From Octopus sinensis (taxonomy: Eukaryota): 64,000 bases of DNA. The first letter of the stretch is position 1, and each line of letters begins with the position of its first letter. The notes beneath the pieces were generated by a model. That model was not told where the DNA came from, made no database searches, and worked only from the letters and a program-made list of their open reading frames with translations. The translations under genes and the position numbers were made by a program. This document shows, piece after piece, positions 39,056 through 52,480 of this stretch. Location: assembly GCF_006345805.1 (NCBI RefSeq), contig NC_043009.1, positions 5,208,001-5,272,000 on the forward strand. The letters are read 5' to 3'.

Positions 39056-39614
39056 AAAATAATGTACATAATTCCTCATCTCTTAAATATAGAACTCCAT
39101 TATACCATTGAGTAAATCATCAATTCCTGACTACTTTTTAGAGCAATAGCTGCTACCGGAGAAGTGCGCTTTGTTTTGGAAATTTAATGTTAAACTGATG
39201 CTCATAATGATTGGTAGCGGTCTCAATGTAGCAGACCTTGAAATCTGATGATGTGGGTTCTCATGTCACATACTTGACTGCATCTTTTTGCTTTCTCTTA
39301 GGATAAAAATTAAATTCCATGTAGCTGTTTATGAATGGAAACACCAACGAAAAATTTGGTGTTTACACAATAAATAATATGTGTCAGCGTATATCTATGT
39401 TGACGATTGAGTAGGCCAACATCACTATCAATTGCAAGACACTTGCTTTAGACGTGCCTATTATATTTGACAATGTTTCGGGGTCAGTTTCATTAAGTAA
39501 AGTATACATATTGTCCAAAATCTTGACACGCACCGCTAAAGTATTAAGTATTCTTTTGAGGATTTCAGTCAGGTATCAAGGCAATTTCATTAGAAATTCT
39601 TTACTGGAAATCAT

Positions 39615-39875
39615 GTGGCGGCGCGTGGCTTAGTTATTAGGGTTTCGGCATCAGGATCATAAGAGTGTGGCTTCGATTCCTGGACCGGGCGACGCGTTGT
39701 GTTCTTGAGCAAAACACTTCATTTCACGTTGCTCCAGTCCACTCAACTGGCAAAAATGAGTAACGCTGCGATAGATTGGCGTCCTGTCCAGCTGGGGAAC
39801 ACATACGCCATTGAAACTGGGAAAACGGGCCGATGAGCCTGGCTAGGCTTTAAAAGGGCGCACAAAAATAAAATT
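39615..39875 (+). mobile_element. SINE family B variant 2
   Basis: GGCTTAGTTATTAG A box, GCTTCGATTCC B box; matches 16320-16577. Confidence 0.9.
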
Positions 39876-40194
39876 ACTGGAAATAATATATAATCAGGTT
39901 TTCTTTGATTTTGACTTGTATATCTAATAAAATAATTGCATGTAAGATTGCTATTTCTTTTGGTGAAATTTCATTCACTATTATTGAGATAATTAATATT
40001 ACAAATATTCGTTTAAATTTTATTAATGAACCGTTTCTACTGATGACATACCCTGCTCGCGATCTTTCCCGCATAGATGATCATCGATGAAGTTTATATG
40101 CGTTATTAAAAGTGTTGAATTGTCTCCCTTACTCGGCTGAAAAGCGTAAATTCCATAAAGTCAGGAAGAGTACAGTATTTTTAATGTAAAATGC

Positions 40195-41010
40195 TTGAAA
40201 TTCAATTCAGTTCAATTCAATTCAATTTTTATTGGCTCAAAAAGCAAAAGCAAGGCCATGTAGGGGGACAGGGAGTTATGTACAGGGAGGGTGCTCATAC
40301 AAAGAGTTCAGGCCATGTCTGGTCAAGAGAGACTTTGAACCGAGCGGTCGTCGGCATATTCACTATCTCGTCCGGCAGTTTATTCCACGGATCCGCAACC
40401 CGGACGGACAATGCCCCTCTCCTTCGATTGAGATGAAATCGTCTTTGATAGAGCTTTTCGGAGTGACCCCGCAGCCCACGCTCTGAGCAGGAGTGAAGAA
40501 CAGCTCTTTCGAGAGGTTACGCTTTTCGCTTACTATGTTGTGAGCAAACGTTGTGAGCAAACGTCGTTTTTCGAGAGAATAAAGGTCGAGCGTCTTCAAA
40601 CTTTCTTCATAAGACAAATACTTGAGTCCAAGACCCATGCGAGTAGCCAGCTTCCGGAATCTTTTGAGATGATGTATGTCTTCGAGGAGATAAGGAGAGG
40701 GGCTTGAATCCCACACTCCAATATGGGTCTCACCAGTGTGACATAGAGCGGTAGGAATATGGTTGCTGTGAGCATTCCGAATGACCGTCGAATCAAAAAA
40801 AGAACTCCGCGATCTTTGTTGGCAGCATGGACGCATTGGGCCGAAGGCAAAATGGCAGATACCACCAAGATACCCAGGTCCTTTACTTGGTCGGTCTTCT
40901 CCAGCAGCAGACGACCCGGCTCGAAATAGAGTTGAGTTGCAGGAGAGGAGCCAACAGGCAGATGACAGCACTTTGACTCGTTCATACATTAAATAGACGG
41001 ATAACGGATA
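40195..41010 (-). mobile_element. CR1-clade LINE 3' fragment with AATAAA and (TTGAA)n tail
   Basis: QVKDLGI, LYVTLVRPILE, SYEESLKTLDLYSLEKRRL, and in another frame RGHSEKL...SVRVADPWNKLP; frameshifted; 13-14-bp tandem duplication at ~40545. Confidence 0.92.
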
Positions 41011-41889
41011 CCGTCAGGAAACCCGTTTAATAGAACTGTAGTTTAAAGGTTGGTTCTTGTCGCTCTGTGTCATTCAAATTCAGATTGATGTATAGAGATA
41101 TCAGTCATTTACCTGTTAATTCGGCCCACAATATTTTCAGTTCATCGAACACCTAGCGATCAGCATTGAAACCAAAGGTGGATCCTTGATATAATATCTT
41201 CTGCTATGGTGCGAAGTAAATATCTATGTAACTTGCTATTCACTTCCTGTTCTCTAGATAATCCTTTGTTTACCAATCTTACCTTTATTTCCTATGTTTC
41301 TACTGACTGACTGGAGGAAAACCAAGATAAACAATATATATATATATATGCAGTAAAGATGTACGGTTCAACTCTTTAAATAGACAATACAAAAGGAATC
41401 GAAAATTAAATGTTTACTCTCGGAATTGATCCTAATATTTCTCTGAAAATAAACTCCCGCTAAGGAAACAGTAGCAATGTATTAAACCTTTTGTCATTAC
41501 TCTGTTGCTTCTCGCGTAGAATTGTTATGTATCTTTGTGTATTCCACATTTTGTAAATGGAATGATATTTGAGATGATGTGGAATAAAATATGGTTTCAT
41601 AAAAATGTGAAACAATTAGAAATCAATATTTAGCTGTAAGATATAAAGCAACACTATCTACTGCCGAAGGCCGAATTTATCAATGTGCAAATTCAATAAA
41701 ATGCAATCCGTAATTATAATTCTAACACCCCTTAATAAATGGAGTGAATTTAAAAGTGAAAAGAAAAGTAGGCTTGACACATGTATGCATGTACGTGTGT
41801 GTATGTATGCGCGCGTGTGTGTGTGTGTGTGTGCGTGAATGTGTGTATACGTGTGTATGAGAGTATGTGTATGTATACATAAATACACA

Positions 41890-41946
<57 letters not shown>

Positions 41947-43203
41947 TTATATATATATATATGTATATATATGTATATATATATACATATATATGTGTAT
42001 ATATGCACGTATAGTTATATGCATAAAGAGATGGTTAGAGAGAGAGAGGGACAGAGAGAAAGAGAGAGAGTGAGGAAGAGAGAGAATAGGAAAAACTCTT
42101 ATACAAGGATGCGAATGGATGTGTATAGATTAATGCATATGTAAATATATTTACATTTGTATGCGCATATACATTTCGCCGCCATTTGCGTGTATGAATA
42201 TGTCAGTTCGTTCAACTGTATGCATCTTCGTGCGCTTCCTGTTTAATTCGACGTTCAATATTATATGTGGCACCTAAATAGAAACTCATGAGAGAATTTG
42301 GTGATTTTGTGAGTGATATGCTTGAGATCGAATCACCTCATACGTGAAAATAAATGAAGGAATGAATGAGTGAATGAATTTATTTTTAACATAAATGCGC
42401 TGTAGGTTCTTATCAGAATTCTTGGAACTTTTATATACTTTTCTTTGCGTTTTGTTAGTAGCTTATTTTAGCAGCTAATTCGGTAGCTCACTTGTTCATT
42501 TTTCTACATTTCGATCGATAATGCAACTAACAACTCTTTCTTGATTTGTTGACGTTTATCGTAATAACTTTGACAAGTGTAGTGAGATCTTTCTGTTTAA
42601 GAACGACTTGCTTGCACGCACAGTTTTAATATAATCAAAATCCTAAGCACTGCAGCAAACAAGACTCACATTATCTGATGTGAAACAAATCTGTCTGAAT
42701 GGATCAGTTTCATATTTCAACACATGCTTTGTATAGTTTCTGCAGTGTATTTCGAAAATACCATTCTGTTTTGATGTTATATTATGTAATAAAGATGAAA
42801 TGAATTAAAACTGAATACAGATCAATACTGTGTCTAAATATTTATTTTATTTTCAAATGGGGGCTATTTGCTGACAGCATGAAAAACATTTGTATTTCAA
42901 GGAAAGATGGAATTATTGGCAAGAATATTTCCAACAGTATTAGCAGAATAGTTCATGTGGAATGGTTCCAATCAGAGATTGCAGTAGCATTGTAGTCTTA
43001 TGATGCAAGCAGATTTCCTCTCGATGGACAGCAGTCACGATAGTTTTCACCACAAGCAGAGATGAATGAATGAAAGTAATTTTAAATGGTCGCATGTGCT
43101 GTAAGAAATACCAGTCATCACATTCAAATCAGAGCCGTCACTCTGAAAACAGGACAGATTCAGTACTGTAGTTCTAGTTTAACTATACTGTAATATACTG
43201 TGA

Positions 43204-43435
43204 AAGGCGGTGAGCTGGCAGAAACGTTAGCACGCCGGACGAAATACGTAGCCGTATTTCGTCTGCCGTTACGTTCTGAGTTCAAATTCCACCGAGGTCG
43301 ACTTTGACTTTCATTCTTTCGGGGTCGATTAAATAAGTACCAGTTACGCACTGGAGTCGATATAATCGACTTAATCCGTTTATCTGTCCTTGTTTGTCCC
43401 CTCTGTGTTTAGCCCCTTGTGGATAGTAAAGAAAT
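43204..43435 (+). mobile_element. SINE family A with a different 3' tail and probable 11-bp TSD
   Basis: Family A head and core; ATATACTGTGA (43193-43203) vs ATATACTTTGA (43436-43446). Confidence 0.9.
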
Positions 43436-43605
43436 ATATACTTTGATAAAACACATGCTGGTCACGTGTTATGCATTGTATAATGTGTTAACTTCAATTA
43501 AACAACCATAATACTTTAATTATATAAATGTATGTAACGTTGCCGAAAATGTTCATCCAATCTTTGGTGTGCTGCTAAAGCAAAACTGCCAAAGGAAAAT
43601 TCCTG

Positions 43606-44022
43606 GGATCTTTTCGGTTTGAACAGCAGTTTTTACTAGCGGTGTCATATGAAATTATCACCCATAATTATGACCCTAGTATCGATCTATTGCATTTCAA
43701 TATATTTTAGGGTTTGGGTTAGGGGTGGCAGGAAGGGTATCTTTTTTTCTTCACAAATGTAAATAAACCCAATCTGTTTCTTAAACGAGGGACGTATTCA
43801 TAGGGCACAGAATGTTTTCACCTCAAATAGACGTCATTGATTGGTTGAAATAGCAGAAATTGCAGAAAAAGAACAACAAATATCTTGCGAATCATAGAAT
43901 TTTCTCAATAAAGCCAAGACTAGATGATGTTTTATAAACACAGTCTACCAGCATACGAAATTTAATTTTTTTTAGTTACATAGAAATTATGTTGAAAACT
44001 GCCGTTCAAATAGAAAAGATCC
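43606..44022. mobile_element. MITE with 28-bp TIRs and 8-bp TSD (Merlin/IS1016-like)
   Basis: GGATCTTTTCGGTTTGAACAGCAGTTTT / AAAACTGCCGTTCAAATAGAAAAGATCC (3 mismatches); TSD AATTCCTG / AATTTCTG; GG termini plus 8-bp TSD are Merlin hallmarks. Confidence 0.85.
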
Positions 44023-44414
44023 AATTTCTGATTTGACAAACTACTCTTCCCTACAGGTAAAGCATATAAGGACTACGATAATATTGTAACCCTTATATAC
44101 TTTGCTTGTATGTAAGACAATGAGGTTTAGTTTGAAGGCATTTGCAGCTACTTCTAGCAAGTGAAGTTACAAGCGGAGACAGGAATTTATCGTTTGTTAA
44201 TCTCGAGATTTTATTCAAGTTGCATTGGTGAAAAGTGCAGGAAGTAAAAGAATATGTGTTGCTCCACAGAGAATAAAACACATGCTAAAATGTCAGTCTG
44301 CTTGGATTGTATAACTGTGAGAATATGTTTCCGTATAGATGTAATAGATATTTATTCTTTCCGTTTGAAAACTGCATTGAGTAAACTTACACACAAACAC
44401 ACAAACACATATTA

Positions 44415-44479
<65 letters not shown>

Positions 44480-44489
44480 TAATAATAAT

Positions 44490-44680
44490 GGTTTTAAAGT
44501 TTGGCAGAGGATCAACGGCTACGGGGTACGTTGTAAGTTGGGTACATCCACCCGAGTGTTCAACTGGCACTTAATTTATCGACCCGGAGGGTCAACCTGA
44601 ATAGAATTTGATCTCAGGGCGTAAAACTGGACGAAATTCCTCAAATAATTTTGTCTGGCGTGCTAACCATTCCACCACTA
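44490..44680 (-). mobile_element. Degenerate SINE family A whose tail is the (AAT)n array at 44417-44489
   Basis: TTTATCGACCCGGAGG, TTTGATCTCAG, GGCGTGCTAACCATTCC. Confidence 0.7.
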
Positions 44681-44688
44681 ATCCACCT

Positions 44689-44784
<96 letters not shown>

Positions 44785-44792
44785 TGATAATA

Positions 44793-45301
44793 TTAGCCCT
44801 GAGGCTTAACTGATTTGAAGTGTTATCATTGTTTTGTCTTGGTATAAAAGATGGAAATATTCTGCTCAATACCACGGATTTGCTTGTCAGTTGTTTGACC
44901 TTAACCAGTTGACCATGTCCCTTAGTGGCTGACGATATGTGCATCTCTGATCACGAGCAGAAGTAGTAGGGGAGCATCATAGCCATGTGTTGAGAAGGAT
45001 TTTTTTGGGTTTGAATAATTCACCTCTGGAAACATGGGTGGTTCTTTCAACATCATTAAACAATCCTTATTCAGGGACCTTTTGAGTGGGATGGGTTACT
45101 TGACCAGAAGAAAATTCTAACTGGGCCCCACCTGAAAGGTTATGCACAGTTAATTTTGATATGAGATCACCATGTCGTGCTCATATGATTGTGATACCTG
45201 TGCCTGGTATACCCTTATCGGGCGTGTAGTCATGATGGTTATATGGGATTTGTATATTTTACCCCTGTGTCACTTTGATGGCGTGCACTGCACTCTCACT
45301 C
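44793..45301 (+). mobile_element. Unclassified ~510-bp non-coding element between two (AAT)n arrays
   Basis: Non-microsatellite block sharply bounded by (AAT)n on both sides, no ORF, no pol III boxes seen. Orientation and mobility are inferred. Confidence 0.55.
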
Positions 45302-45339
45302 ATAATAATAATAATAATAATGATAATAATAATAATAAA

Positions 45340-47254
45340 CACTAGCCATTAACAAAGTAGCACCAACAATCATAAAATTCATAGAGCACTCTATGAATAA
45401 ATGGCAAACAGTCCTACACCTCCAAACAAAAGAGGGACTCATGAAAACCAAAGACATGAAAACCATTAGAAGAGGAATATTCCAGGGAGACACGCTCTCT
45501 CCACTCCTTTTCTGCTTGGCACTGTCACCTCTATCTGATATGCTAAATAGAACTGGATGCGGATATAAATGTTACGGCAAAACGATCAGCCACCTTTTAT
45601 ATATGGATGACCTAAAACTATACGCTGCAAATGACAAAAGCTGGAAGCACTATTAAAGACAGTTCATGGATTTACCAAAGAAATAGATATGAAATTTGGA
45701 TTAGAAAATTGCGCTAAAGTAACCATGAAAAGAGGAAAACTAGTTAAGAGTAACAACATCACACTAGATAAAACCAATGAAATAAAAGAATTAGACCAAA
45801 TCCAAACTTACAAATACTTAGGAATCCATGAACTAGATAAGACACAACACACACAAATGAAAGAGAAAATAAAAAAAGAATATTATAGACGAGTTAGATC
45901 AATACTAAAAAGAGAGCTCAATGCTAAAAACAAGATAATAGGTTTCAACACATTAGCTGTCCCAGTTATAAGTTACAGCTACAATATCCTTAACTGGACA
46001 AGAAATGAACTGTCCAAAATAGATAGGAAACAAGAAAAATACTGACAGGATCTAGGATGCATCACCCAAAATCTGACATAGAAAGACTATATATACAACG
46101 TATAGAAGGTGGTAGAGGCCTTATACAGCTGGAAAACTACTATAAAATAACCACCATAGGACTGCAAAAATATCTACTTCAGAAGGAAGGAAAACTGATC
46201 CAGATAGCAGCAAAACACGAGCAAAACAAAAAACTGTTCTCAGTATTTAAGGAAGCTGACAAATACAAACAAGAAATCATACCACCTAATAAACACGAAG
46301 AAGAAGAAGAAGATGATGAAGAAACAACAAAAGCTATAAAACAAATGAAATCCAGACTAAAAATAGAACAGCAACGAACCATGATAAAACGATGGCAAGA
46401 AAAGCCCCTTCATGGTAAATACTGCACTAAACTAAACGCAAAAGAAATAGACAAAGAAAAATCCCAGCAATGGTTGAGAAGCTCAGGACTCAAAGCAGTA
46501 ACAGAGGGATTTTTAATTGCAGCACAAGACCAAAGCCTCCCCACCAGAAATTACCAAAAACATGTAATGAAAAGAAATATTACAAGTAACTGCAGAATAT
46601 GTGGAGATGGACAAGAAACAATAAATCATATTATCTCTAGCTGCCCAGTCCTGGCTAAGAAGGAATATATTCACAGACATGACAGAGTTGGAACCTACAT
46701 ACATTGGAAGCTATGCCAACATTATGGAATAACAACAGAAAAATGATGGTATAGGCACACACCAGAAAAAGTCACAGAAAACGAGAAAGCAACCATACTC
46801 TGGGATATGCCGATACACAGAGAGAGAGAAATTAAGGCCAACAGACCAGATATAGTTGTCAGAGATCATGAAGGAAAAAAATGCTTTCTAATTGATGTAT
46901 CAATACCGGCAGATGACAACGTGTCTCTAAAAGAAATGGAGAAACTCTCAAAATACAAAGACCTGGAAATAGAGGTAACTAGAATGTGGAACCTGAAAAC
47001 AGAAACAATTCCTATCATAGTAGGTGCATTAGGCATGATAAAAAAATATTCAGAGAAATACATAACAAAAACACCAGGACTTACAAACACATATAACATA
47101 CAGAAAATTGCAATACTAGGCACTGCACACATCCTACGCAGAACACTTTCCATACAATAACCATCAGAGCATCACAACAAATCACAGCACATACCCAAGG
47201 CACACAGAGCTGCGCTCGGTAGTGAAGTGAAAGCACGCTATAAAAATAAAACTA

Positions 47255-47258
<4 letters not shown>
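45340..47258 (+). mobile_element. 5'-truncated R4/Dong-clade LINE (RT, CCHC finger, REL endonuclease) inserted in (TAA)n
   Basis: RGIFQGDTLSPLLF, LYMDDLK, YKYLG, GGRGL, CRICG..ETINHIISSC, RHDRV, ANRPDI...LIDVSIP, KLSKYKDL; two frameshifts (~45640, ~46030) and one TGA (46744); (AAT)n on both sides. Confidence 0.95.
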
Positions 47259-47313
<55 letters not shown>

Positions 47314-47315
<2 letters not shown>

Positions 47316-47515
47316 GTTTCAAATTTTGCCACAGGGGTAGTAATTTGGGGGGAGGAGTTAAGTCGATTACATCCACTCCAGTATTCAACAGGTATTTATT
47401 TTAACGACGCCGAAAAGATGAAAGGCAAAATCGGACTTGACCGTATTTGATCTCAGAACGTAGCAACGGGCGTAATGCTGCTAAGCATTTCGTTCAGCGT
47501 GGTAGTTGGCAGAAG
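47314..47515 (-). mobile_element. SINE family A whose tail is the (AAT)n array at 47259-47313
   Basis: GTCGATTACATC, GATGAAAGGCAAAATCGG, GATCTCAGAACGTA. Confidence 0.8.
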
Positions 47516-47818
47516 GCTTGAAATATTTGATTTCGGTGGTGCGGGCCTGGGAGGGTTCGGAGATTAGACCCAGACAGGATGAACGGCAAGGCCGACCACG
47601 GCGGATTAGAACACAGAGCCTAAACAGAGACAAAATGGCACTAAGCAAATGCTGCTAAGTAAATATTTACTTAAAACTCTCTGCAGCTCCTTCACTGTCT
47701 GTTTTGCTTTGTTGAATTATATGTGTGGGCATGAATAATGTGTGTGCATATCTGTGTATGTGTATGTGTTTCCTTCTCTCTTTACTTCTTGTCTCTCTCT
47801 CTCTATTTATAAACATAC

Positions 47819-47849
<31 letters not shown>

Positions 47850-47933
47850 CATATGGGGGGGGGTTAGGCGCAAGTATTTATATATGCATACATATAAGAA
47901 TACATATGTACATACATGTACATATATATATGC

Positions 47934-48002
<69 letters not shown>

Positions 48003-48341
48003 AAGTACGTATCATACGTTTATGTTATTACGAATATGAGTTTCTATATAAGCCTTACTTAGTGTTATGTCTTGCACTGTTAGCCATAGTTTTTTTTTTT
48101 TCCTGGTTTTTTTTATCTTCCCTTCATCTTTTCTGTTTTGCTGTGCTTCCATGTACATAATTCTCGGACCATTCATTCATACTAATTATTCATACTAATT
48201 TGCTCCTGGATTCACGCTTGCCTTCCACAAACATTCTCACCATATGTCTATCAGTCTATCCATCTCTGTATTGCTTCTCGCTCACACATACACTCTCTCT
48301 TTGCATGTATATGTATATGTATATATCTATATCTATATCTA

Positions 48342-48387
<46 letters not shown>

Positions 48388-48412
48388 ATCTATCTATCTA
48401 TCTATCTATCTA

Positions 48413-48459
<47 letters not shown>

Positions 48460-48493
48460 ATATATATATAGTATATATATATATATATATATA

Positions 48494-48665
<172 letters not shown>

Positions 48666-48954
48666 CGTGCTACGCCACGAGTCTGTTCTCCTTTTCTTTT
48701 TCCATGTTTCTTCTCTGCCACTCTTTCTCTCAATTCCTATCTCCTTAAGATAGTTTCTAGATTTTCCGAATGCCAAATAAAACTATAATTTCCAATTGAG
48801 TGCCACCGATTTAGATCTTTCGAATTTAGCCAATGCTTCAGTTCCTCACGAAGAGTCATTGGAAAATATGAAAGCTTGTTTTCCAAAAACGCGCCATCCC
48901 CACATGCTCGCGCGTTGCAGGCTTCATTGAACCATTTGCAAAATGCAGGACTTC

Positions 48955-49008
<54 letters not shown>

Positions 49009-49854
49009 AGAAAAAAACTGCAACCACAGTTTTACAGGGTGGGTAAGATGACTTTAGTCAAAATATATGCCTATCACATTTTTTAGGCGATGGGTACAAT
49101 TTGTAAAATAGAGAAATATTAATTAGTTGTATTAATCTGCCATACTACTATATGTATGGATTTGTTTGTACGTGTACGTGTTTGTGCGCGCATATATATT
49201 TATATCTGTATATGTTTCTTGATGTGCATATGCAATGTATTGGTGTATATATTTATATGTCTGTTTATTTGTATCGGTATATATTTGCAATGGATGTGTA
49301 TATGTTCGTGCTGACTTCAAAGTGTAAGGTTACGATGATGAAGCTATGCTACAGACAACATCTTTCATATTCTCAAAATGACTCTTCGCGAGGAAATGAA
49401 GCGATGGTTAAATTCGAAAGATGTGATTCGGTGTCACTCAATTGGAAACGATACATTTGTTTGGCATTCAAGAATTGAAACGATAGTTTAGTTTTTAACT
49501 TTTAGGAAAAATATTATAACTGCTCACTGTTTCGAGTTTAGCATAGGTTTAAATCTTGTGTTTCGAAAACAGTTTCGTACGATTTTTCTTTAAGTTTTAT
49601 AGTTACATATTTAAAGCCGTGCACAAAACTAACCTCGGTATTTCGAAGTTGGTGGAATTTGGGATCAATATTAAATACAACTTTAAAATATTACGAGGAT
49701 TGCGAGAAGATGGATTTCGTTCAGATGCACACGGCCATCCAGGAGTGCGTATCATTATATTTCTTCGATTAAAGGATATTGCTTGTATACATTGATCAAT
49801 TATGTAGAAAGAAAATGGAAATAGTAATTTATACATTATCATTTTTTATCGTTT

Positions 49855-50290
49855 AATCGTTTCAGTTATTTAGGCTGTGGTCATGCTGGGGCAACGCCTT
49901 GAAGGATTTTAGTCAAAAGCGTCGACCCTAGTATTCATAATTTTTAAAACCTGGTACTAATTCCTTTGGCCTCTTTTTGCCGAATCGCTAGGTTAGGGGA
50001 ACGTTAGCACACCTACATCAGTTGTGAAATGGTAGTGGGGGACAAACACATGCACAAAGGTACACATGCACTCACGGATACACACACAAGTACACACACA
50101 CACTCCCACTCACACGCACACATGTATGTATGTATACGACGAGATTCTTTCAGCTTTCCGTCTAGCAAATCCACGCACCAGGCTTTGGTTGGCCCTAGTT
50201 TGCAGCTGAAGACACTTGCTCAAGGTGCCATGAAGTGTGAATGTTGTTGGGAAGCAAATTTCTTACGATAGACCCTCGCCCTCGCCTATT
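49855..50290 (-). mobile_element. SINE family C, diverged
   Basis: Same head, internal CA tract and tail as other C copies. Confidence 0.85.
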
Positions 50291-52123
50291 TTTGTATATT
50301 GTCTTCAACCAAACCTACCTTCAGTACAGATTAATATATCATTTTTTCGAGTAGTAAATGACAAACAGCAAACTAGTTTCCGTTAATGTTTAACTCGGAA
50401 ACATAAAGAGGCGTGCCACAAAAGCCACAGTTTGATTTATTATTGTCCATTCTAGAACTTATTGTCGAACCATAAAGGCATTTTGATTTAGCAGCGAGAT
50501 GCATGAGTTTTGCAATATTTTTATAATATTACTCTCATGATTAAATGGGACATTAACTTTTGCTCTACGGATGTTGCAACATATAATGTTTGAAATATCA
50601 TTGTCTCGTTATTATTCCGAAGTGAACATCAGATCTGTTTCCTTTTCTTTTTTTCTTGTTTTTTTTAAAAAAAAAGAAAGATATTTCTTCCACACAGTAA
50701 CAATTGTGAACCTCACGTAAAGTCCACATGATTATACGAAGCAGAATCCGTCAACTTATAAGATGTCATCTAAATACAGCCTCTTTATAACAAACCAAAT
50801 CAAATGCCAGATATTACTGCATCGGTCGATAATATTTAATGTCCTGTTGAACTTTTACTGTCTTATTGATGAAAAGGTCACATCACTTGACTATATCAAA
50901 ACAGAATTTTCCTGCTTTCTCTTTTCTCTCCTTTTCTACTCAGGACTGAATTCACTATTCCAAATGCTTCACAGTTACACTAACTGGGCTATTGTTTTTA
51001 TTAACTTTTTTTTATTAAAACATTAAATTCTTATACTTTCTCTGCAAAACAAGTTTTTTTTTTCTTCAGGACAGTGATGGTATGCTCTCAATAAGTTGGG
51101 CAATTGTGTCTCAGCTAAGGACTTGAATTGTCTAAAATAATGAATTTTGTATTACTTGAAGGATTCCTCCTCTAAGTAGATTAACTCCGGTTTCCTCTTC
51201 AAATAATTCATTGCTCCCAATTTCATAATCTGTTTGGAATCCATAAATAGACAACAGATTTTCAGGTATGGAATTTTAAGAGAGACGTTATTTAATATTT
51301 TCCATCACCTCAAAGAGGATATTGGAAATGTAAGAGTGTAAAGAATTAAAATAAACTTAGCCACCATATTTAACACATTTGTCGCTTTTAAGCTGGGAGT
51401 AGCCGTGGTTATAATGTATATAGTTAATTTGACAGAATCTCTTGGTCCCATTGCCTTATCTTTATGTCTCTAATGGATTCCAAATCCAAATAGCACTGTG
51501 TTAGATTTTGACATTCATAACTCTGTTGTCCATTCAATAAATAACAGTTTAATATAACATTATTAAACCAGTCCGCTATATCATTCCGCCTCAAACATGA
51601 TTATACTGGTACATAAAATATATCAATCAGTTTAGTAGCGAATTTTCCGAAAGCGAAACCAAGGGGTATGCTTTTGACATTCTGGATACTCGAGCTAATT
51701 TCGTTGCTTTATTGAAGTTAATTTGGTTCAAAATGAACTACTAATGACATTAGGAGAAACATAGAAATAAAAGGATGCCACTTATCCCCTTGTGCCGAAT
51801 AAATAATCTACTTCTTAATATTCTATTCTACCGGGATTACATGCAAATTTCATCGCAGCGCGATTGCAAGAATCTGCACAACATAGTACTGCCTTTGCTT
51901 CAATAGTCTATAGTGTAACCAAATGTAAATATGTGCTTCTGTCTAGAGTATAAATAATTATATCTTCCGTAAATCAGATCGCACGAAGAGAACACGAGTT
52001 TACGAAATTTGTCGAAGATATTTACTAAAAGGTTCGCTTATCGATTTAGATCTATCCATGTTTATATCACGCATTCAATGATGCTACCGTTAAATTCATT
52101 CTCACTCGGAAATAAACACACAC

Positions 52124-52166
<43 letters not shown>

Positions 52167-52448
52167 CGTGTGTGTCTGTGTATGTGTGCGTATGCATACC
52201 ATGGGCTTATATATGTAATTAGATAGTCAAACACCAGTTAAACGGTGATAATTGTATGGAAGTATATCATGTAAGTATATGTATATAATTTTCTTCTGTG
52301 TACATACACACATGCACCCACTACGCACACGTACACACACCGATATGCATATATATATATATATATATATGTATGTATATACAAATGTATGTATATTTGT
52401 GATCGATGTTTTCTACGTATGTGTTATTATAAACGTGTGCTTATCTTT

Positions 52449-52480
<32 letters not shown>

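Noticed and set aside
48785-49005. CCAAT boxes, CGCG motifs and (GA)n suggesting a promoter
   Set aside because: Short motifs expected by chance; no downstream exon identified.
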